DNA of 64,000 nucleotides from Octopus sinensis (taxonomy: Eukaryota), in NCBI RefSeq assembly GCF_006345805.1, contig NC_043014.1, positions 39,804,001 through 39,868,000 of the forward strand, read 5' to 3'. A program made the position numbers and the translations under genes. The notes under the pieces were generated by a model that saw nothing but the letters and a program-made list of their open reading frames with translations, was not told where the DNA came from and searched no databases. Below, piece after piece: positions 47,151 to 61,150 of the stretch (position 1 is its first letter; each line of letters opens with the position of its first letter).

Positions 47151-48519
47151 GTTAGTTTTATAAATGAAATTAGACCTCAGTTGACTTTCTTTTTACTCCT
47201 TGTGAACCTCAAAATGGCTATGCTGAAAGTTTTGTGTATATTCTTCCATCAGCAAGTCAAGATATTAATACACTTTCATACATTTACAAGAGAACAACTG
47301 AACATATGCCAAATATAGTAAAAAAAAGAAAACAACAAGATGTGGATTACTAAGACATTGAAAGATTTGTGTGATGTAAAAGAATAAAGAATATCAGCTC
47401 AAGATTAAAAAAAAAAATTCAAATTCCATCAGCCAGTTGAGCTTTGAATACCCATCACCACTCTTCCTTAACACTTTTTGTGAGAAAGAACTCTATAGCA
47501 GACTAGAGAGAGATTGGTAGTAACTTTAGACAATACCCTAAAACTTTCACAACACTATTTGAAATACAAAGTATTAACATTTGATTTGACAATATACACC
47601 AAGACTCGGAACTAATTTATACAGAATAGGAAATAAAGAATTTATATATTATCCAAGAATTATATGCAAAATATCTATCTAAAAATAATTCCCTTTTCAA
47701 TAAAATATAAATCAATAATAGAGAATTTTTTTCATATATTTTTATGAATACACAGTTAAGAATTCAAGTAAAAAGGAAAAGAAAATTATAAAATTTGTAC
47801 ATGTTTAAAAAAAAAATAGAATTCCAAAAACATTACAAAAAAAAAAACCATTGAATAATTTAAGTAAATGGGGCATCTGTGTAATTTGCATGTTCATCTG
47901 AAGAAATGATGTTGAGTTTAAATTATTACTTAATTTGGCTTAATAATTAGCACCAGTTGTTATTAAAGGTGGGAAAACTGTAAACTTGCTGCGTTTATAT
48001 CTGATCGCAAAGTTGTATGGACTTCGATTTCGCTGCTGCAAGTTGCATTTGTTATCAAAATAACAATGAACTCCTATGTAACTGAAGAGTTGTAACAAGG
48101 AACAATTCACACAGTTTAACAGAAAGAAAAAAAAAAAAAACAAAGAAATTGGGCAAAACAAACCAAAAATGCTAAAATGAAAAATCAGTGTATGAAAGTT
48201 GGCATTGTTTGTTATTGTTTTTTTTTGGAAATGTTATTAACTTTACCGTTTGTAATTTTTTGGTATTTATTTATTATCAATGGCAATTAATTATTCACAG
48301 GCTGTAACTTCTGTTGTTACATATGAATGAAATCGGTGGTTTGGATACAAGAAGAAAAAAAACAAATGTTTGTGTGTGTGCGTGAGTATAAATGTATGTT
48401 TTAATATGCTAGGGTATTTACATAAACAGTAAATGAAAATCTATCTCAACATAGGAGAGAAAAAAAAACCATGAAGTGAACTAGTGTCCACTTGATTTTC
48501 ATGCACTTCCACAAACCTG

Positions 48520-48950
48520 ATATATACATATATACATATATATATACATATATATATATACATATATATACAAATATATATATATACATACATATACATA
48601 TATATACAAATACATATATATATATATATACATACATATATATATATACATACATACATATATATATATATACATATATATATACATATATATATATACA
48701 TACATACATATATATATACATATATATCTACATATATATATATATACATACATACATATATATATACATATATATATACATATATATATATACATACATA
48801 TATACATATATATTATATACATATATATATATACATACATATATACACATATATATATATAATATATATATACATACATATATACATATATATATATACA
48901 TATATATACATATATATATATACATATATATATATACATACATATAATAT

Positions 48951-48985
<35 letters not shown>

Positions 48986-49110
48986 CATACATATATATAT
49001 ACACACATACATATATATATACATACATACATATATATTATACATATATATATACACACATACATATATATATATACACACATACATATATACATACATA
49101 TAAATATATA
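48520..49110. repeat. Compound (TA)n/(TACA)n microsatellite
   Basis: Seen directly; a similar tract lies at 59085-59308. Confidence 0.97.
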
Positions 49111-51440
49111 CATTCAAACATAGATATACTTTTCTTCTCTCTCTCTCTCTTTCTACACATATATATGTACATCCATATATACACACACATATTCATATAT
49201 GCACACAAACATGCATATATAAACACAACTGGTTCAGGCATTATGATTAGTAAAACACCCAGTAAAGTGATATAATGAGAATTATACAAAACACTATCCA
49301 TATGCCACACACCTCCTACTTAAGAAACACACACACACACAGAGTACGGCAGTGGTTCAAATGGTAACCCCAGCTACTGGGTTGCCAACTCAGTACTCTA
49401 TTAGTTCTGTATAGTAAAGCAACACGACAGAGGAGAAATGTGTAGCCATCAGCGAACTTTACATTGTTGAGTAATTAATACTTGCATCCATAATTGTATA
49501 ATTATCGCTTGTTCAAGTTTCACCATGTTTCAGATATGAATTGATATAAACAGATATTGGCCTGAAGGGTTAATGATAGTCAAAATAAACGGTAACTATA
49601 TCTTAAAAAATTTTATGTAGCAGTTTGTTACAATTGATTTATGATTATTTTAATTTATACAGATATGTATACAGTCAGGAGGTGTGAGGTGAAGCCCATA
49701 TCCAAAAGTAAAAACTCCTATGTTATTAGGACTCACAATGAATACAAACAAACTGGAATCAGTCCTGTGAGCATATATCTTATGTGGACAGTATTTTTAT
49801 ATTTCTAATACTAGTGTAGTTATCTGCCCTTCATTCAGAGTTTTTGTTTTTTTTTCTCTTATCTGATAATCATCCTTTGTGAGCTTGAGGCCATAGAGCC
49901 TGTTTATACTTATATATATGCATAGTCTTTATGTGTTCCTTAGTAACCTCAGCAAATGGCTCTACATTCTAATGTAGAATTAAGGAAACAAAAAGCAAAT
50001 GTAAAGAATAAATACAAAGGTTGTAGAAGACTATCAAAGTTAGAAATAAAAACAAGAACAACAGCAGACAACTAGACTAGGAATTTATTAGAAATAAGTT
50101 TACTGTCCACATTTTATGTAACATGTTTGCATAACATCTATACACAAGCATACCTTAATACACACACTCACACACACACACACACACACAGATATAAATT
50201 TGTCAAATTACAATAAGAAGAAAAGGTATTCAGTATAAGAAGTGTATACACAACCCAACACACACACACACACACACACTCATACATAGGGAGCACGTAG
50301 TTGGATACTATTTACACACCTTTCAAGGTACAAAAAGAGAAAATTATAAAGGGAGCAGCATCAGAAAATTTATGTTTTATGTATCCACATACACACACAT
50401 ATACTCTTTTACTTGTTTCAGTCATTTGACTGCGGCCATGCTGGAGCACCGCCTTTAATCGAGCAACTCGACCCCGGGACTTATTCTTTCGTAAGCCCAG
50501 TACTTATTCTATCGGTCTCTTTTGCCGAACCGCTAAGTAACGGGGACATAAACACACCAGCATCGGTTGTCAAGCAATGCTAGGGGAACACAAACACAGG
50601 CACACAAACACATACACGCATATATATGCATATATACGACGGGCTTCTTTCAGTTTCCATCTACCAAATCCACTCACAGGGCTTTGGTCGGCCCGAGGCT
50701 ATAGTAGAAGACACTTTCCCAAGGTGCCACGCAGTGGGACTGAACCCGGAACCATGTGGTAGGGAAACAAGCTACTTACCACACAGCCACTCCTGCGCCT
50801 ATATATGATATATACATATCATATGAGAAGTCTGAGAAACTGAGATACACTACTAAATATAAACCCTCACTTCGTCATTTTAAAACCAGACACACACACA
50901 GAGACAGACATGGACAAAAGAATATATACTAAAACATGTTGGAAGAACAATGGTAAAAATCACTAGTATTGTATTTCAAGTTTCTGACATACAACATTGT
51001 TAATTACAGTGCCAAACAATTAGAGTGTAATGTTGGCAGAATTAGGGACCTGAACACGAATGCATGAACAGTATCAATGTACACAGCATAGATACATCAA
51101 TAACAAAACCAATTATTGAAAATGTGAGATAAATGAATACAAAACGAAATAAATCAGAAATGAATCATATGATGTTTAGCTTAATTTGTAATTGGAGAAA
51201 TTATATTTTTTCTTAATTTGAAGTAGGTGTGTGTGTGTGTGTATGGTGGGGGGGAGAGATGGCTTTTCCTTGAAGGAAGGAATAATACCATGATAGCAAA
51301 GTAATCTAAGAAATGTGGCTTAAACCCCAGATATTTAGTAATTAATAGCAGTAGTCAAAGACAACACAACTGTCAGGTTTAGTTGTTTGTTTGTTTTTTT
51401 TTGTATGTGTGTGTGTTTTTTTTTTTAGTTCTTTAAACAT

Positions 51441-51868
51441 TTAAACGGACGTCTCGGAATTAAGACGTAATACAAATTTGTTATGTTTTGGATCAATGAC
51501 TTCTTCAGTCAAACTAAAATGTGGCAACTTATGAACCGAACAAAGTAATGAGAGCTCTCCTTGCCGAAGTTGAAACACAATCCCATGTTCTATTTCCCTA
51601 GTCAACAAATGATCGCAAACAAGGACCCACTTCTCGAGCCCCTTATAATCCTTCTCGTTCATGATCACTGCCCCTTGAGTGAGGTACTTCTCCACAAAGG
51701 CCTTTGGACTGACATCATGGCTGATACATGTAGCTAAATGTTGTAATACAGCTTCCATAGTGTAACGTGGCTGCTGACGTGTGACGCGGAGATATTTTTG
51801 TAAAGCACGAGCCATTGATGGGAAAACAGCCTGAGCTGCTTCATAAGGGTCCATGGGAATTGCAGGGC
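51441..51868 (-). CDS. VANGL: Vang-like protein, coding exon 2 (GPAIPMDPYEAAQAVFPSMARALQKYLR...LRLNSETSV*)
   Basis: TTTCAG acceptor at 51869, phase 1 matching exon 1; conserved Vangl C-terminus with the ETSV PDZ-binding motif; joined CDS is 543 aa. Confidence 0.97.
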
Positions 51869-51916
51869 CTGAAATATATATAAATAAAAAAAAGACAGGA
51901 ATAAGAATAACATATA

Positions 51917-52150
51917 TATTTCTTTATTGCCCACAAGGGGCTAAACATAGAGAGGACAAAGAAGGACAGACAAAGGGATTAAGTCGATTACATTGACCCC
52001 AGTGCGAAACTAGTACTTTTATTTATCGACCCCGAAAGAATGAAAAGCAAAGTCGACCTCGGCGGAATTTGAACTCAGAACGTAACGACAGACGAAATAC
52101 CGTTAAGTATTCCACCTGGCGCGCTAACGTGTCTGCCAGCTCGCCGCCTT
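51917..52150 (-). mobile_element. SINE family B (~235 bp) with 16-bp TSD
   Basis: GGCGAGCTGGCAGA...GAGTTCAAATTCCGCCGAGGTCGAC...AAAGAAATA; TSD ATAAGAATAACATATA at 51901-51916 and 52159-52174. Other copies at about 3605, 5638, 10205, 20935, 25000, 25790, 28810, 35627, 36170, 39230, 52517, 55015, 57735 and 62270. Confidence 0.85.
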
Positions 52151-53299
52151 AAATAAGAATAAGAATAACATATAAACCAAATGATAACATGTCAACAACA
52201 GGCAATGGGTAAGTAGTGATAAATTTGTAAGTTGGTCTCTCTGTTTTCAGAAAAAAACTAAACCTGATACAAAATATCAGCTTTTGTCAATTTTTTGAGC
52301 ATCATCATCATCATTTAAAATCTGCTTCCCATGCTGGCATGGGTTGGATGGTTTGACATGGTGATGGCTAGCTGGGAGCTGTCCAGACTCCAGCTGTCTG
52401 TTGAGGCATGGTTTCTATGGCTGGATGCCCTTCCTAATACATCGGTTGTCAAGCAATGGTGGGGGGACAAGTACACACACAAACACATAATATATATATA
52501 TATATATATATATATCTATTTCTTTATTGCCCACAGGGGGCTAAACATAGAGGGGACAAACAAGGACAGACAAAGGGATTAAGTCAATTACATCGACCCC
52601 AGTGCGTAACTGGTACTTATTTAATCGACCCCGAAAGGATGAAAGGCAAAGTCGACCTCGGCGGAATTTGAACTCAGAACGTAGCGGCAGACGAAATACA
52701 GCTACACATTTTGCCCGGCGTGCTAACGGTTCTGCCAGCTCGCCATCATCATCATCATCATCGTTTAACGCCCGCTTTCCATGCTAGCATGGGTTGGACA
52801 GTTTTGACTGAGGGCTGGCAACCAGATGGCTGCACCAGGCTCCAATCTTGATCTGGCAGAGTTTCTACAGCTGGATGTCCTTCCTAACGTCAACCACTCC
52901 GAGAGTGTAGTGGGTGCTTTTTACGTGCCACCTGCATGGGGGCCAGTCAGGCGATACTGGCAATGACCTCGCTCGAATCTTTTTATATGTGATTTGAGCG
53001 AGGGGCTTCTTTCAGTTTCTGTCTACCAAATCCACTCACAAGGCTTTGGTCGGCCCGAGGCTATAGTAGAAGACACTTGCCATGCAGTGGGACTGAACCC
53101 AGAATCATGTGGATAGGAAACTTCTTAACCAAACAGTCATGCCTGTACCTAGTATAAAGTAATTTTCAACATAATACAATAATTCTCCCTATATACAATA
53201 AAATGCATATGGGGAATAGAAATAAAATTTTCTCAACAATATTTTAATAGCAAGTATATTTTTTTAAGAATGGTGAATTACAGAATTTCCATTCAATAT

Positions 53300-53527
53300 T
53301 TAACCCTTTCGTTACTGTATTTATTTTGAGATGCTCTGTGTTTCTTCCAATTATTTTAAATATAATGAAGAATTTAGTAAAATAACATCGTTATCATTGA
53401 GCTAGTGTTAAGAACATAAATTGTGACTAAAATTTGGTGGAAGATTTGAATTCAAAACTTATGAAAACAAGATATTTATACTAAAGAGCCAGAGCCGGTT
53501 TCAGCCGGTTTGGTAACGAAAGGTTAA
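53300..53527. mobile_element. piggyBac-like MITE, second family, in the Vangl intron
   Basis: TTAACCCTTTCGTTAC...GTAACGAAAGGTTAA; an inverted relative lies at about 58520-58747. Confidence 0.75.
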
Positions 53528-53550
53528 TGAAAATTGAATTTATATCTTAC

Positions 53551-54754
53551 CTTGTTCATCTTGCATTCTTTTGATGTGAGTGAAGGCTTCATCAGCGGAC
53601 ATGATAAGTCTTGCTTTTCTCTTACGAACACGGCGCTCATACTCTTGTTCCTCATAAAAGCGTTCATTGTGACTAGTATCTCGCCTCCTACTATTAGGAG
53701 CGAATACAGCCCGTTGACGACCTTGTGGTCCAGAAGAATTAACACCATCAACGTCATAAATTTTGAGACTAGTTACTTTTGAGGACCGCTTATGGACATT
53801 TTCCAAGTATGGGTTAAACACAGGAAAATCTTTGTAATAATTTTCCAAAACTGAGACAGCTGCTCTCTGAATGCTTAAGATTCCAATGTTGTAATTTTGA
53901 CTCAATCCATCAGGTGATCTCACAACCTTGACTACATACTGTGGTTGTAATTGGCGAATTTCAAGCACAATAATTGATAAGTAATGAATGAAAAGGAGAG
54001 CGTCTACAAGGGAGACAGAGAACTGGACAATGTTGTAATATTCTGTTTTCGCGTCTTTCCTCTTGAAGATGCGTACTCCGTAGAAGAGCCAGAAAGCAAA
54101 TGTAAGCACAAACACAAGGAAGAGTACAACAGCACGAAACACATAAACACGCGGCATGGTGGCTTTTGGATGGCGAAAGAAAAGGGCCATAGTTCCCATG
54201 AGTAAAATGATGAGCTTAAAGGTAAAACTGATCAGAAGGCCTTCACATTCAGGTTTGCAAGGTCCTGCGTCCCAGGTCATTATCCCGAGTTTGGGTAGGA
54301 TGACCATAATGATAGGTGAAGCAAATCCAAACAAGCTGAGGAAAGTAGCAAGGGCTGTGCCAACATAACGAGTGCAGTCGAAGCCAATGCTGTCATCAAG
54401 ATCTTTAGAAAATTTGTGCATATCCTCCATCGAAAATGCAGTTTCACTCGTATTTCCTGTGATAGCTGTTGTGTTGTCCCCCCAGTTATCATCTTGGGGG
54501 AGTATTTGAACTTCGATGCGTTCCTCGCATTCGTCTTCGCCCGACACGATATGATGGTCCCTGTGCTGCACAGCACGGTCGTCGATATGTTCATCACCCC
54601 CACGCACCTTGTCTCGGCTTTGGCTGCGGTGCGGACGGTTACTTGGTTGGCGTTGGTGGTGGCGGTGATGCATGCTACCATGGCTTCGATGTGACCGCTC
54701 CGAGCGGTCGCTTTTACCCGACCGCACAGATTCAGCTCCATCCATCATCTTCAT
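53551..54754 (-). CDS. VANGL: Vang-like/strabismus planar cell polarity protein, coding exon 1 (1204 nt)
   Basis: ORF 53540..54754 contains the N-terminal ESVRS, QDDNWGDNTTAITG and CEGLLIS motifs, four hydrophobic helices, and ERFYEEQEYERRVRKRKARL. Donor is G/GTAAGA at 53551/53550. An in-frame TGA upstream of the ATG fixes the start in this exon (the true start may be the 1st, 3rd or 4th codon Met). Acceptor TTTCAG ends at 54790. Confidence 0.97.
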
Positions 54755-54897
54755 TGAAAATCTTCAAAGATATTTCTTGAAATGTAAATCTGAAATTAGA
54801 AATGAGAATACTTAGAAACGAGAAGTGAGAGAGAGAGAGAGAGAGGGAGGAAGGAGAGAGAGAGATAGAGAGAAAGAGAGAGACAGACAGACAGACA

Positions 54898-54932
<35 letters not shown>

Positions 54933-55884
54933 TCACATTTCATAGCCATATATCTCCATAACTAGGGTTGTGAAGTCAGTACACAAAGCCTTCAACTTTA
55001 ATCAATTTACGGTACCTATTTCTTTACTACCCACAAGGGGCTAAACACAGAGGGGACAAACAAGGACAGACAAATGGATTAAGTCGATTACATTGACCCC
55101 AGTGCGTAACTGGTACTTAATTTATCGACCCCGAAAGGATGAAAGGCAAAGTCGACCTTGGCGGAATTTGAACTCAGAACGTATTGGCAGACAGAATACG
55201 GTTACGCATTTCACCTGGCGTGCTAACGTTTCTGCCAGCTTGCCATAACTCCTTATTTGTAATGAAACAAATAAAAGTATTTCTCACATTGATTGAAAGC
55301 ACACAACAACATATGTGTGAAATATCAGACTGCTTTTTAGTGCTAGGCTATGCTATTGTTTGTTACTTTTTAATATTATTTATTAAAGAAATTAGAAACA
55401 ATTAAATATAAGACAAAACTTAAAACATTAAAGGGAAGCAGTTTTATCAAAGAAAAAAAAAAGCAAAAACAAAAAAAAGATACTGAAAAAATAAACCATA
55501 AAAATACTAAAAAAAAAAAAAGAGAATCATAAATATTTTTGTTTACCAATTCAATACACTAAAATATATTAAAGCTAAAATTAAAAGACAGAAAACAATT
55601 TAACAAACACGCATTTTAACAGGAAACTGTCAGTTTCAGAACAAATCATTTGCCAGGCTAATGATGTGATCTGAGGCTGCGTGTTAACTGGTATACAGAA
55701 GTGTGTAGAATGATCACAAGATGTCAAGCAAAGACTCAGAATTTGGTCTCACAACAAAAAATAACATAAACTGCTCTGAAGATAGTGGATTTAGAAAAAT
55801 AAAAAATAAACTTTCTATTATAAGGAAGGACTAATAATTTAGTTCAAAGAATAGGTTTCACTAAGAGAAGTGATCAATATAAAA

Positions 55885-56140
55885 ATTCAAATCAATAAAC
55901 CCTTATACTCGTTGTCGGAGCACTGCATCCTTCAAAACTTCCATGCTTTCTGAGATTCGCCAACACTACACCTGATTTTCTCCCCTCCATACACACGCAA
56001 GCATATATCTGACTCGTACATTGTTCGCTTTCCAGACATTTGTACATTACTGCATATACTTTATACGCACTTTCTGACCAGTTGTGGTGCACCTGAGCAC
56101 TGTATACAATAATTTCATTATTATTATTTTATTATTATAG
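55885..56140 (+). mobile_element. Probable 3' end of a non-LTR element with an (ATT)n tail
   Basis: GC-richer block ending in GTTGTGGTGCACCTGAGCACTGTATACAATAATTTC followed by (ATT)n. It is single-copy in this window, so the family is unassigned. Confidence 0.4.
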
Positions 56141-59087
56141 AATATTAAAAATATTTAGAGAATTTCAAATTTATATTTGGTCACAGAAAAATAATAGATA
56201 TTCTTTTATGCAAAGAAAAGAAAAGAAAAGGACACCAGAGTTACAGGAAATGCCATTGAGCCAACGAGGAACCCTGATCTAATCTGCAAGAAATACTGAC
56301 CAAATCTACCTCAAAATCCCACTCCATCTTGAGAAAGGGAAATTCCTTTTAGAAAAATTTTCTACTATGCCAAAACCTTATTTCATCAACAAAATTTTAT
56401 CTTGTTGCAGATCTTTAAAAATTGATATTTGAAATATTGCAACTTTAGGTGTGTCTCTATTTTGAATTATATCTGTATATTGTTTGAATGTTATTTTATT
56501 TAATAGTGAATTTGATTAAAGATGCAGATTTTGTTCCAAATTATTTTGGTAAATGAGGAGAGGTGGTGGTAATGATTTGCAGCATTGCCAGAGCATCAAA
56601 CAGTGTTTTAAACTGTAGCTCTGTATGTATGTAAGGATGAAGACAGTGTTAACCATTCTGAGATCAATTCTGCCTTTTGTCCTTCCAGCATTGATAAAAT
56701 AGTACATGTTCTTTATACTTTTCTGATCACATTTCTGTTAGCCTCAAATCGCCAGGCCTGGTCAGCGTTTGTAAGAGATGCAAGATTGAGGATGAATGAA
56801 GCCAGCTCAACCCTCCCCAGGTGAATGCTGTCTCAAGACAAGAAGAAATACACTGCCTTTGACTCAATTAATTTTGAAAATAATCAAGAATTCAGAAAAA
56901 AATAACTTTGTTGTTAACCTGTATTAGCAACATAAATTAACATGAAGTTTGTACCATAGGGCCAAGGGCAATCTTAGGCAGGTTGGTATCAAAAGGGGTC
57001 AACTGGAGTAAATAAATATATTTGACTGTTCCCGCCCCTTACATTTCTGAACTTGTACCTATTTTGAAAATCAATATTTTTCACATACTCCACATGAAAA
57101 TATAAGAAAACTATACAAATAAAACTGCTTAATTTTATTAATTAAATATTGTAAAGCTTCAAAATAATCTTTTAATCAGAAGTCTGGTGCAATCTTCTGC
57201 CTGGCCAGCTCCTGTCAAACTGTGCAACCCATGTCGGCATGGAAGGTGGGTGTTAAATGATGATGATGAAAATGAATAGTGTGTCAGTATTTTCTCAAGA
57301 CTGTTGATATACAGCAATGAGTAGTTTCATATTTTAGTCCATTAGTTAAATAATATTCAATTTTAGTTTTAGTCATTTATTTAAAAATCTACCTCTTCAT
57401 CATCATCATTTAACATCCGCTTTCCATGCTAGCATGGGTTGGACGGTTCGACCGGGGATCTGGGAAGCCAAAAGGCTGCACCAGGCTCCAGTCTGATCTG
57501 GCAGTGTTTCTACAGCTGGATGCCCTTCCTAACGCCAACCACTCCGTGAGTGTAGTGGGTGCTTTTTACTTGCCAGGCGAGGCTGGCAATGGCCACGATC
57601 GGATTGGTGCTTTTTACATGCCACCAGCATGGAAGCCAGTCAAGGTGACGCTGGCATCGGCCACATTCGGACGGTGCTTTTTATGTGCCACCGGCATGGA
57701 AGCCAAATAATTTTATTGCATAAAACATTAAGGGGTGAGGTGGCAGATTTGTTACCACACTGAACAAAAATGGTAAGTGATATTTCTCTGGCCCATTACA
57801 TTCTGAGTTCAAATGCCACCGCGGTTGATTTTTACTTTTTAAAAATTTTTTTTTTTTTAGAGTCAATAAAATAAGTACCAGTGGAGCACTGGGGGTTGAT
57901 GTAATCAACAAACCCCACCATTTCCTAAAATTACAGGCCTTGTGCTTTTAATAGAATTATGTAAACATCCCACTTTGCAACACACACACACAGAAAATGA
58001 CTGACATGAGAAAAACAAAATTTCCATAGCATACTTGAAATCATAAATTTAGTTTTAATTCAAGAAAACTGTTTTGTGGAAGTTCAATTTGGAATTGGTT
58101 CTTTGACATTTCATTGAAAAGTAGTGGAGCTTAACGAAGATAACAAATGTTTGAGAAAACAAATTGCTTGCCTACTGCCTTCAGGTCCCAAATACACTAT
58201 TTCTTAGCATTCAGGTTTCCATATTGATTGAAATCTGTTGAAGGTGTCTGCCCTACAATATTTCATCATTCATCACAAATCATTTGTCACTTCATTAAGA
58301 GTTTTTAGAAAATGTCACACCTAATTTATTCGATATGCTGTGAGATATGATTAATGATACTGATCCAGTTTTTTCTTAATGTATTATACTATGTTCCATA
58401 CTTTATTTAATTTAATAGAATATAGTTGTTTAGAAACAATTTCCATGAGGATTTTATTTCTTAACTAATTAAGCTCGACTCTTTTGTTATTCCTTCAAAT
58501 ATTTTCAAGCCCATCAGTTTAATCCTATTGAGGGTTAAACCTGCCTCAAACAACCCCTGGCGCTATGATACAAACTTCCCTTTTTAAAGTAATCTAAATT
58601 AAAATTTTCCATCAAAATGTTCAAGATAATTTATGCTCCAAACACCAGTGTAATAACACCAAAATTATTTTAATAAATTCTTCATAATTTTCAAAATTAA
58701 TTGAAAGGCAAGGTATTTCAACAGAAATATAGTAACAAAAACGGTTAAGGCCTATAATTATTCCTCTCTCCTTAGTAGTCATAGTAGCGATAAACAAGGC
58801 TATTACTCTACCAATCATTAAAAGACAAAATAATGATGACAGAGATCAGTATAAAAAATAACAAATATACAATTTTATCGTGAAGAATTTATTCCATTGT
58901 TAATTCTTCTCCTATACATCTGCACTCATAAGCAACAGTTAATATAAGATTAATACTAAACCATTATATATATATCTCATTTAATGCACAGCAAATTAGA
59001 ATCTATTCAATCTATTTAATTAAATGTTAATTCCCAAATTGTTTTCTACATAATTATTGCTGGTGGAACCAAAATGACATAATACAT

Positions 59088-59165
<78 letters not shown>

Positions 59166-60012
59166 CATATATACATACACACATATACATATATACATAC
59201 ACACATATATATATATATACATATATACATATACACATATATACATACACACATACATATATACATATACACATATATACATACACACATATATATATAT
59301 ATATATATGGTAGTTTTCTTCAAATGTTATATGTAGAAAAGTCTGTATTCTGCAAACTTAAACCATTGATTTTTATGTCAAGCATACAAGCACATAATTT
59401 TCCGCTGGACAGTTTACTCTCAGACTTGATCATCAATACAACCATAATCCACAGCCTATTCAGTCCCGACGAGACAGTTCTCATAACTTTTCGAAATCCT
59501 TGCTGCATGGGCGCATGCTGATTCATTTTCATTTCAATCAGTTAACGTTCGGTGGTTACCTGGATGGACTGACAATATATTTTCTGAGGTCATTCTGCAT
59601 TTGTTCAAGCATGTTTTACGAGAGAAGCATATTGATATGACTCATCGCTGAGGGAATAAGAACCATTTATAAAGTAATTCTAAATGAAAATCTGCATCTT
59701 AAATCAAATCCGCTGCTAAACAAAAACATTCAAACTAGATCTAAAATAAATAAATAAGTAAGTATGTGAACAAATAATAATAATGACTAATGCCTCAATA
59801 TCTCAAATAACTATTTTTAAGAATTTACTAAGAATATACAGCATAGATATTTATAATGATTTTGGTTTCAGCAGCAGTAACCATGTCAATAACAATTAGA
59901 GAATCATTAGCAATTAATTAAATATACTGAATAGATTCTAATTTACTTTGTGATATAATGGTTAAGTAATCAGTAACTTTTAGCATAGCAGAAAAGTCTT
60001 GTAAAAGGAACT

Positions 60013-60067
<55 letters not shown>

Positions 60068-60113
60068 AATAGTAAAATATATATATATATAGAGAGAGAG
60101 AGAAAATAGTAAA

Positions 60114-60148
<35 letters not shown>

Positions 60149-61114
60149 ATATATATGTATGAAATCTAAATTCTTTATATTTAGATACTTGGAGCAAAGT
60201 AATTGAGAAATTTTATTTCCCAAAGCAAATTACTGTAGACTGAATTTAAAACAGATGCAAATAGAATGTTCCATCCAAATTGTTAGGAAAAATAAAGCCA
60301 CTATTATAAGAAATGGAATGTCTAGATCTAGTTGGTATTGACAGTTTTCTGAAAATATTGGTGCAAATAGCAGTGTTCAAAATACACGAGAGACTGTGTG
60401 GATAGTAAACATTGCTATCATCAAGTAAGAAAAAATGGAAGAAAAAAAATATCATAAAGAGCTAAGATGAGTTTCTAAAATCCATGAATGAGTACATGAT
60501 GTTGCATAAATAATGAATCTCCCTCTAGATAACATCGATCTATTATCAGGATTATTCCGAGATTTTTCTATTTACTCTTCACAGCTGAATTTGGAAAGAT
60601 AGAATGAAATACACTTTGCCAAGTCTTTATTCCCCCAAAATGCAAACCTCCCAAGATTCCTCTTTACCTTTGCCTTTTTTACAAATATTGATCTATATCT
60701 ATATATATATATAAATGCTGAAACTGAATATCATCCCCATCACTGGTTTGAGAGAGCCTACAAAGAACACGGGTTCTGCCCATCTCTGAATTAATATATA
60801 TATATATGGCACAATGGCCCAGTGGTTAGGGCAGTGGACTCATGTTCAGAGAATCGCGGTTTCGATTCCCAGACCGGGTATTGTGTGTGTTTATAGAGCG
60901 AAAACACCTAAATCTCCACGAGGATCTGGCAGGGGGTGGTGGCGACCCCTGTTGTACTCTTTCACCCCAACTTTCTCTCACTCTCTCTTCCTGTTTCTTG
61001 AGTAATGCTGCGATGGACTGGCATCCCGTCCAGCTGGGGGGAATACCGCAACAGAAACCAGTAAAACCAGGCCCATGAGCCTGGCTAGGCTTGAAAAGGG
61101 CGCATAAATAAATA

Positions 61115-61150
<36 letters not shown>

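Noticed and set aside
53524-54780. Overlapping antisense and alternative-frame ORFs across VANGL exon 1
   Set aside because: These are shadow ORFs of a GC-richer coding exon with no recognisable motifs.
59320-59532. 70-aa ORF ([12 protein letters not shown]...) as a separate gene
   Set aside because: No recognisable domain, no convincing splice partners, and its length is within chance expectation.
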